A DNA stretch of 32,000 nt. Origin: an uncultured Bacilli bacterium. GTDB lineage: Bacteria > Bacillota_I > Bacilli_A > RF39 > UBA660. Made by a program: the position numbers and the translations under genes. The notes under the pieces are model-generated. The model did no database searches, was not told where the DNA came from, and saw only the letters and a program-made list of their open reading frames with translations. Numbering within the stretch: position 1 is the stretch's first letter; every line of letters starts with the position of its first letter. Positions 26,499 through 32,000 of this stretch are shown here, piece after piece. The DNA lies in the NCBI GenBank assembly GCA_934085825.1, contig CAKOHR010000007.1, positions 47,013-79,012 on the forward strand, in the 5' to 3' direction.

Positions 26499-28301
26499 AT
26501 GAAGAGAAAAAAAGTAATTATTTTAAGCAGTTTTACTATAATTTTACTTGTTTTTGTTATTATTTTATATAGTAGTAAATATAAAAAACAAGTTTATAGT
26601 GAAAATGAAAATAATGAAATAAGGGCTGGAGCATCAGTAAGTATGATGCTTGAAACAAAAGCTGGTTCAGGTAACTATGAGGTATCAACAAGTAGTGAGT
26701 GGCCAACAGATGGTTATATGTTTAATGCTAACTTATCAAAATGTGAAAATGGTGGAACTCTTTCATGGAATGATGAAACAAAATCAGTTGTACTTACTAC
26801 AGGTGTAAGTGACAAGTGTTATGTATATTTTGATATTGTTCCTCCAGATGTTAGTATAGCTGCCAGTAATATACCAACAACTTATGGAAAATTAGGAACA
26901 ATAAGCTGTTCAAATAGTAGTGCAACTTACAACCAACAGTATAATAGAATTGAAGTATCAAATATTAATACTAAATATGAAAATTGCACATTAAATTATA
27001 CTGACAGTACATCAAAAGTAAATTTAGCGTCATATATCACAGGCTTAGCAGGAACAGCTCAAGGGACAGGACAAGTAGTAAATGAAACAGCAACAAGTGA
27101 TAACTCAACTTTTACAGCTGGTGCTAAATTGGAACAAAGTGGTTATACAGTTTCAAGTAATGATGCAACTTATCCATTTGAATGGGATAATACAAATAAA
27201 ACATGGACAAGTACAAATCATACTGATAGTGCTACAGCAACATTTATATTTAATGTAGCTGCAGCAGGTAATTATCAAGTTTGCTATAAGCAATCAAGTG
27301 AAGAAAGCTATGATTACACAATATTTTACAAAGATAATACACAAATAAAATCTTTAAAAGGTATATCTAATAGTGATTTTGCATGTTATTATTTAGGAAA
27401 TTTAACTACTTCAAATGCTATAAAAGTTACTTATCAAAAAGATCGTAGTACATCAGTTGGTTCAGATAATGTAGTATTTTATTTACAAAGTGGTACTTAT
27501 AACGAAAATATACAAACTGTTAGTGCAGGTACAAGATATGAAGGAAAAAATCCAAATAACTATGTGTGGTTCAATAATGAATATTGGAGAATAATCGGAG
27601 TGTTTGATAGTGGCTCTCATGGACAAAGTGGGAAAAACTTGGTAAAAATAATAAGAGCGGATGTGTTAGATGGACTTGCATGGCATAAGTCAGATACAAA
27701 TGATTGGACAGCGGCGAGTTTGAATAAACTACTTAATGGCGCTTACTATAATGCTCAAGATGGAACCGGCTCAGGCTATTGCTATGGAAGTGGTTCAGCT
27801 ACGGCTAATTGTGATTATACTAAAAAAGGAATACAAGCTGGTTATAGAAGTATGATAGCAAATGTAACATGGTATTTAGGTGGATATTCAAGTGATAGTG
27901 CAACAACCGAAAGTTTTTATGGATACGAAAGAGGAACAACAGTGTATAGTGGAAGACCAACAAGTACAACAGGATATATAGGACTAATGTATGTAAGTGA
28001 TTATGGATATAGTGTGTTATCAAGTAGTTGTGCAAGAACAACAAATTTAAGTTCTTATAGTAGTAGCGTATGTGCAGGGCAAAGTTGGCTGTATGGAAAA
28101 GGAGATGAATGGACACTTACGCCTGATTCTTCATACAGCGGCAGTGTGTTCCGTCTTGCCTGCATCGGCGGCGTGTACAGCGACAGCGTGAGCAACGCGT
28201 ATACTGGGTATGGCGTCCGTCCAGTCTTGTATCTAGACGCTTCTGTGTATAAAATAGATGGAGAAGGAACCTTAGATAAGCCATATATCATAGGGATGTG
28301 A
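26499..28301 (+). CDS. DGR target protein 1: signal-anchored surface protein with a C-terminal variable domain (DUF1566/C-type-lectin-like by inference)
   Basis: The N-terminal anchor is MKRKKVIILSSFTIILLVFVIILY. The C-terminal EWTLTPDSSYSGSVFRLACIGGVYSDSVSNAYTGYGVRPVLYLD contains the VR. The ORF is a paralog of the ORF at 30699 and of the C-terminus of 3506..5653. Confidence 0.85.
   Translation: MKRKKVIILSSFTIILLVFVIILYSSKYKKQVYSENENNEIRAGASVSMMLETKAGSGNYEVSTSSEWPTDGYMFNANLSKCENGGTLSWNDETKSVVLTTGVSDKCYVYFDIVPPDVSIAASNIPTTYGKLGTISCSNSSATYNQQYNRIEVSNINTKYENCTLNYTDSTSKVNLASYITGLAGTAQGTGQVVNETATSDNSTFTAGAKLEQSGYTVSSNDATYPFEWDNTNKTWTSTNHTDSATATFIFNVAAAGNYQVCYKQSSEESYDYTIFYKDNTQIKSLKGISNSDFACYYLGNLTTSNAIKVTYQKDRSTSVGSDNVVFYLQSGTYNENIQTVSAGTRYEGKNPNNYVWFNNEYWRIIGVFDSGSHGQSGKNLVKIIRADVLDGLAWHKSDTNDWTAASLNKLLNGAYYNAQDGTGSGYCYGSGSATANCDYTKKGIQAGYRSMIANVTWYLGGYSSDSATTESFYGYERGTTVYSGRPTSTTGYIGLMYVSDYGYSVLSSSCARTTNLSSYSSSVCAGQSWLYGKGDEWTLTPDSSYSGSVFRLACIGGVYSDSVSNAYTGYGVRPVLYLDASVYKIDGEGTLDKPYIIGM
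27044..28022 (+). repeat. Direct repeat copy A (~980 bp) within target 1
   Basis: About 90% identity by eye to 31023..32000, including runs of over 90 identical nt (for example tgatgcaacttatccatttgaatgggataatacaaataaaacatggacaagtacaaatcatactgatagtgctacagcaacatttatatt). Confidence 0.85.
28121..28215 (+). repeat. DGR variable region VR1
   Basis: A ~95-nt, ~60% GC island in an AT-rich gene. It aligns to the TR at 30216..30301 with differences concentrated at TR adenines (details in findings). Confidence 0.75.
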
Positions 28302-28314
28302 GAACTTTGGTTTA

Positions 28315-28344
28315 GCGTGGCTGGCGGGAGTATCCGCCTCACGC
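28315..28344 (+). promoter_or_regulatory. GC-rich stem-loop downstream of VR1 (candidate DGR target-recognition hairpin)
   Basis: GCGTG-GCT-GGCGG-GAGTAT-CCGCC-T-CACGC is a two-tier stem with no T-run after it. It begins 14 nt after the target 1 stop. Confidence 0.55.
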
Positions 28345-28400
28345 CGCGAAAATTAGAAACATGAAGAAAGGAATGTGAAAATATATGTTTAAACAAATGT

Positions 28401-28808
28401 TTGTACCAGAGGGTGCCGGAAGAACCCCAAAAATATGTAATCATTAATCAATCAAGTGGTAAATTTTTTGAAGTTTATGACTATGATGCTTTTATATTTA
28501 ATTATCTTTTTGATTATAAAATAGTACAAGCAGGAAAAACATACAAATGTGGTTTTCCTGATAGTTCATTAGTAAAAATAACTGATAAACTAAATGATTT
28601 AAAAATATCTTATCAAGTTATATATCGAGGAAAAAATCCACATGTAAAAGATTATAAAAAAATAAATCAATATTCTAAATATAAATTGATAGCTTTACAA
28701 AAAATCGACATAAAAGAGAGAATTGATACTTTAATAGAAAAAATTAAATTATTAGATAACGAAAAAGCTAAAGAAATCATGGAGAAAATTGAAAAATGTT
28801 TAGAATAA
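28401..28808 (+). CDS. MutS-domain-I-like small protein (MSL-type DGR accessory ORF)
   Basis: YVIINQSSGKFFEVYDYDAFIFNYLFDYKI...KCGFPDSSLVKITDKLNDLKISYQVI parallels MutS domain I ([29 protein letters not shown]...[25 protein letters not shown], E. coli sequence from memory). This includes the Phe-x-Glu motif. There is a coiled-coil-like K/E-rich tail. The start is uncertain: TTG 28401 or GTG 28413, with no good RBS for either. Confidence 0.65.
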   Translation: MYQRVPEEPQKYVIINQSSGKFFEVYDYDAFIFNYLFDYKIVQAGKTYKCGFPDSSLVKITDKLNDLKISYQVIYRGKNPHVKDYKKINQYSKYKLIALQKIDIKERIDTLIEKIKLLDNEKAKEIMEKIEKCLE

Positions 28809-29155
28809 ATAATAATGACTTTAAAATACTTCAAAAATACAAAATGTTTCTAATGAATTTAGACAATTCATTAAAAAATATACCAAGAAAAGATATGTAT
28901 TTTAAAGATAGAATTAAAAATATATCACTAGATGTATTAAAAAATATTTTATTATGTTTTTATGATACTAGTTCTGTAAGTTTATACAGAACTAGTATCA
29001 AAGCTAATATTGCTTTACTTGATTTTATGTTAGAAAGATTGTTGTTAAAAAAATATATAAGCGAGAAAAACTTATATAAACTTGCAACCGATTTAGTGGA
29101 AATAAATAAAATGGTTACTGGATGGCTTAATAATCATGAAAGTAAATTTATTTGA
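28796..29155 (+). CDS. avd: Accessory variability determinant (Avd), four-helix-bundle family
   Basis: 119 aa, directly upstream of and overlapping the RT. NSLKNIPRKDMYFKDRI resembles the IPRKHG region of Bordetella phage bAvd (from memory). Predicted to be helical throughout. Confidence 0.75.
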   Translation: MFRINNNDFKILQKYKMFLMNLDNSLKNIPRKDMYFKDRIKNISLDVLKNILLCFYDTSSVSLYRTSIKANIALLDFMLERLLLKKYISEKNLYKLATDLVEINKMVTGWLNNHESKFI

Positions 29156-30197
29156 TTTATTAGACATTTATGAAAGTGAAGTAAAGAAAAATGTTAGAAA
29201 CAAAAAGAAAATATTGGATTTTGAAAAACATAAAATGGAATATCTTGTTGATATAAAAAGAGTATTAGAAAATAATCTATATGATGGAGGAAAGTATAAT
29301 ATATTTTTAGTATTTGAACCTAAGATAAGAGTAATAATGGCCCAAGGTATATATGACAAAATAATAAATCATTATGTAACTAGGCACATTTTAATGCCAA
29401 AGCTAGAAAAATATCTAGAAAGTAGAAATTGTGCTACTAGAAAAGAAATGGGAACAAGTTATGCAATTAAACTATTAAAAAAAGATATTGAAAGTTTCAA
29501 AAAATATAATAAATTCTATTTTTTGAAACTAGATATAAGTAAATATTTTTACAATTTAGACCATGAATTAATTATTTCTATTGTTAAATACGATTTAAAC
29601 CCTGATGAATTAAATCTTGTTAAAATAATACTTGAAAGTACTAATAAAGAGTACATAAATAAAAAGATAAAGTATTTAGAAAATAAATATAATGTTGAAT
29701 TACCAAAGTATGAACATGGTAAGGGTTTAGCAATAGGTAATTTATCTAGTCAATTTCTAGCAATACTGTATTTAAACAAATTACAGCATTATATTACTAA
29801 TAATTTACATATTAAATTTATTAATTATATGGATGATTATATTTTAATTCATAATTCTAAGGAATATCTAAAAAGTTCTTTAGAATTGATTGAAAATATA
29901 ATTAATAATGAATATAAATTAAAATTAAATAGTAAGAAAACAATTATTAGTAATTGTAATCAAGGAATATCATTCCTAGGTTATACATTTAAAGTTAAAA
30001 ATAATAAAACAATTGTAAAACTAAATACTAACACTAAAAAGAATATTAGAAAAGGTATAAAAAGAGCAAATTATTTATATAAAAATAATTTAATAAAATT
30101 TAATCAATACTTTTCAAGTATTGAATGTTTTAAAAATAATTATATTTTTGTTAATAAAGATAAAGTAAAACACTTTATTGATAGATATGATGGGTAA
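29136..30197 (+). CDS. DGR-type reverse transcriptase
   Basis: RT motifs are present: RVIMAQGIYDKIINHYV, NCATRKEMGTSYA, FLKLDISKYFYNLDH, GLAIGNLSSQFLAILYLN (the DGR-specific SQ motif 4), NYMDDYILIH (YMDD), LKLNSKKT and ISFLGYTF. The protein is 353 aa with no maturase or endonuclease domains. Confidence 0.9.
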   Translation: MKVNLFDLLDIYESEVKKNVRNKKKILDFEKHKMEYLVDIKRVLENNLYDGGKYNIFLVFEPKIRVIMAQGIYDKIINHYVTRHILMPKLEKYLESRNCATRKEMGTSYAIKLLKKDIESFKKYNKFYFLKLDISKYFYNLDHELIISIVKYDLNPDELNLVKIILESTNKEYINKKIKYLENKYNVELPKYEHGKGLAIGNLSSQFLAILYLNKLQHYITNNLHIKFINYMDDYILIHNSKEYLKSSLELIENIINNEYKLKLNSKKTIISNCNQGISFLGYTFKVKNNKTIVKLNTNTKKNIRKGIKRANYLYKNNLIKFNQYFSSIECFKNNYIFVNKDKVKHFIDRYDG

Positions 30198-30215
30198 TTC
30201 TTAAGTAAAAAAGAT

Positions 30216-30301
30216 GCCTAATTCTTCGAACAGCAACAATGTGTTCAATGAAAGCAACAACGGTAATACAAGCAACAACAACGCGAATAATGGGAATGGC
30301 G
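30216..30301 (+). repeat. DGR template repeat (TR)
   Basis: Non-coding 86-nt tract starting 18 nt after the RT stop. It has 35 A of 86 nt by hand count. In the VR reading frame 14 of 27 codon-equivalents are AAC or AAT. The flanks match VR1. Confidence 0.8.
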
Positions 30302-30407
30302 GCTTCTGAGCTCATTATGTTAAATGTTTATTATTCTAAGGAATGTAAAAGGGCATAAAGAACATGAATTATCCAAAGGATAAAATCCTTAAAAAGAAAA
30401 TAGATAC

Positions 30408-30429
30408 GGAAAAGTCCAAGGACTTTTCC
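30408..30429 (+). other. Perfect 10-bp hairpin in the TR-downstream non-coding region
   Basis: GGAAAAGTCC-AA-GGACTTTTCC with no T-run after it. It is preceded by a second small stem AAGGAT-AAA-ATCCTT (30376..30390). Confidence 0.5.
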
Positions 30430-30456
30430 TATGGGTCTATTATATTAATTTGATTT

Positions 30457-30720
30457 ATGAAAGAAAGATATTTAATAATTAAAAAGTTATATAAAGATTA
30501 TATAATTTTAATAAAAGATAAAAATAATAATTACATTTCTTTTGAAGAAGATGCTAAAATAGTAAAATATTTTGGTATTAAAGAAGTAAATACAATTTAT
30601 CTAAATAATTTAGAAATAGAAGAAATAAATTGTTATAAAAATAATAAATATAATGAATTATATTTGAAAGTAAAATTAATAGAATTGTTGGAGGTCTTAT
30701 GCAAAAGAGAATTAAAATAG
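30457..30720 (+). CDS. Second MutS-domain-I-like small ORF (N-terminal subdomain only)
   Basis: ERYLIIKKLYKDYIILIKDKNNNYISFEEDAKIVKYFGI parallels MutS [39 protein letters not shown]. The Phe-x-Glu motif is not conserved and no clear RBS is present. It overlaps the target 2 start. Confidence 0.45.
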   Translation: MKERYLIIKKLYKDYIILIKDKNNNYISFEEDAKIVKYFGIKEVNTIYLNNLEIEEINCYKNNKYNELYLKVKLIELLEVLCKRELK

Positions 30721-32000
30721 TAAGTGTAGGAATTATATTGATAGTATTATTCATTAGTATTATTGCTCTAAATAATAATACTAATAATAAACATACATTT
30801 AAAAAAGATGGAATATTATATGCTTTATCTTTAGATGGAAAAAGTATAACATCTTTTCCATCTAAAGGATTATATAAAGCAAATGTATCATGTGATGGTG
30901 CAGATGGAAAATGGTTATATGATGATTGGAAATTATCAATCGAAAATATAACTGGTGATGTATCATGTGATATTAAGTTTGAAACAATTACAAAAACATA
31001 CTTTAATGATTATATTACAAAATTAGCAGGAACAACACAAGGAACAGGGAAAGTGATAAATGAAACTGCATCAAAAGATAATTCAACATTTACAGCAGGT
31101 GCAAAATTGGAACAAAGTGGTTATACAGTTTCAAGTAATGATGCAACTTATCCATTTGAATGGGATAATACAAATAAAACATGGACAAGTACAAATCATA
31201 CTGATAGTGCTACAGCAACATTTATATTCAATGTATCTGCAGCAGGTAATTATCAAGTTTGCTATAAACAATCAAGTGAAAAAAACTTTGATTACACAAT
31301 ATTTTACAAAGATAATACACAAATAAAATCTTTAAAAGGTATATCTAATACTGATTTTGAGTGTTATTATTTAGGAAGTTTAACTACTTCAAATGCGATA
31401 AAGGTTACTTATCGAAAAGATAGTAGTGGCTCAAATGGCTCTGATAACGTAGTATTTTATCTACAAAGTGTTACTTATAACGAAAATATACAAACTGTTA
31501 CTGATACAAGATATGAAGGAAAAAATCCAAATAACTATGTGTGGTTCAATAATGAATACTGGAGAATAATCGGAGTGTTTGATAGTAGTTCTCATGGACA
31601 AAGTGGAAAAAACTTGGTAAAAATAATTCGTGCAGATGTGTTAGATGGACTAGCTTGGGATAAGTCATATACAAATGATTGGACAGCGGCGAGTTTGAAT
31701 AAACTACTTAATGGAGCTTACTATAATGCCCAAGATGGAACAAGTTCAGGCTATTGTTACGGATATAGCACAACAGCAACAGCTAATTGTGACTATACAA
31801 AAAAAGGGATACAAGCTGGCTATAGAAGTATGATAGCAAATGTAACATGGTATCTAGGTGGATATTCAAGTAGTGATGCAACCACTGAAGCTTTTTATGG
31901 ATATGAAAGAGGAACAACAGTATCTAGTGGAAGACCAACAACAACTACAGGATATATAGGACTAATGTATCCAAGTGATTATGGATATAGTGTGTTATCA
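30699..32000 (+). CDS. DGR target protein 2 (paralog of target 1), partial; continues beyond window end
   Basis: Not in the ORF track (no stop in window). ATG 30699 has GGAGG 5 nt upstream, and the frame is open for 434 codons to position 32000. It begins MQKRIKIVSVGIILIVLFISIIAL. From ~31023 onward it is near-identical at DNA level to 27044..28022. Its VR would lie about 100-200 nt past the window end. Confidence 0.85.
   Translation, partial: MQKRIKIVSVGIILIVLFISIIALNNNTNNKHTFKKDGILYALSLDGKSITSFPSKGLYKANVSCDGADGKWLYDDWKLSIENITGDVSCDIKFETITKTYFNDYITKLAGTTQGTGKVINETASKDNSTFTAGAKLEQSGYTVSSNDATYPFEWDNTNKTWTSTNHTDSATATFIFNVSAAGNYQVCYKQSSEKNFDYTIFYKDNTQIKSLKGISNTDFECYYLGSLTTSNAIKVTYRKDSSGSNGSDNVVFYLQSVTYNENIQTVTDTRYEGKNPNNYVWFNNEYWRIIGVFDSSSHGQSGKNLVKIIRADVLDGLAWDKSYTNDWTAASLNKLLNGAYYNAQDGTSSGYCYGYSTTATANCDYTKKGIQAGYRSMIANVTWYLGGYSSSDATTEAFYGYERGTTVSSGRPTTTTGYIGLMYPSDYGYSVLS
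31023..32000 (+). repeat. Direct repeat copy B within target 2 (truncated by window end)
   Basis: See copy A. Position 32000 corresponds to 28022. Confidence 0.85.

Larger units (their letters stand above)
26499..32000 (+). other. Diversity-generating retroelement (DGR) locus: target1/VR1 - hairpin - MSL1 - avd - RT - TR - MSL2 - target2 (partial)
   Basis: See the component features. All components are on the + strand, with translational overlaps MSL1/avd (13 nt), avd/RT (20 nt) and MSL2/target2 (22 nt). Confidence 0.9.

Noticed and set aside
27820-28116. 98-aa minus-strand ORF inside target 1
   Set aside because: Antisense to a strongly supported CDS. Low-complexity H/L/Y-rich translation with no start context.
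28055-28444. 129-aa minus-strand ORF running antisense through VR1 and the GC-rich hairpin
   Set aside because: The open frame is a by-product of the locally high GC content (few stop codons). It has no RBS, lies wholly antisense to a well-supported gene, and has a composition unlike neighbouring proteins.
29136-30197. RT as a group II intron maturase or retron RT
   Set aside because: There are no maturase X or endonuclease domains, and no intron domain V/VI-like structures flank it. No msr/msd-type inverted repeats are present. The SQ motif 4, the adjacent Avd-size ORF and the TR/VR pair fit a DGR instead.
30216-30310. TR read as a small coding ORF (PNSSNSNNVFNESNNGNTSNNNANNGNGGF*)
   Set aside because: It has no start codon or RBS. 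The N-rich reading is the expected consequence of AAC/AAT-rich template design.
31060-31326. 88-aa plus-strand ORF from the track
   Set aside because: It is an alternative frame inside the long open frame of target 2 (30699..32000). That frame is near-identical to target 1 and has a GGAGG RBS.
24691-32000. Prophage or phage-borne DGR
   Set aside because: No capsid, tail, terminase, integrase or lysis genes are visible in the window. The targets look like cellular signal-anchored surface proteins rather than tail fibres. A phage context beyond position 32000 cannot be excluded.
1-32000. CRISPR arrays, rRNA genes, riboswitches
   Set aside because: No regularly spaced direct repeats, no rRNA-like conserved segments, and no leader that I could match to a known riboswitch consensus by eye.

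Overview
AT-rich (about 25-30% GC by eye) chromosomal segment of a low-GC Gram-positive bacterium. The taxonomic call is an inference from gene content: murD, uvrB, tex, a CBS-type family II pyrophosphatase, a CIRCE-controlled hsp20 and tRNA-His. Positions 1-24.7 kb hold mostly housekeeping and envelope genes. They include a partial LigD-like NHEJ gene, a GGDEF protein, an orphan prepilin-type giant surface protein next to an arylsulfotransferase-like protein, and a murD-DUF368-PAP2-dgkA lipid-carrier cluster. The stand-out region is 24.7-32.0 kb. An XRE regulator and an ISAs1-family transposase are followed by a complete diversity-generating retroelement (DGR). In order, the DGR contains target gene 1 with a GC-rich variable region (VR) near its 3' end and a GC-rich hairpin just downstream, a MutS-domain-I-like small ORF, Avd, and a DGR-type reverse transcriptase. 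These are followed by an adenine-rich template repeat (TR), a second MutS-domain-I-like small ORF, and a paralogous second target gene that runs off the window end. The two targets share a direct repeat of about 980 bp that brackets the DGR core. VR1 matches the TR with strongly adenine-biased mismatches but not perfectly, so the cognate VR is probably in target 2, just beyond position 32000. The diversified C-terminal domain is also present, undiversified, in the prepilin-type protein at 3.5 kb. Two truncated 5' remnants of the same gene family lie at 11.4 kb and 19.6 kb. No CRISPR array, rRNA or prophage structural module was seen.
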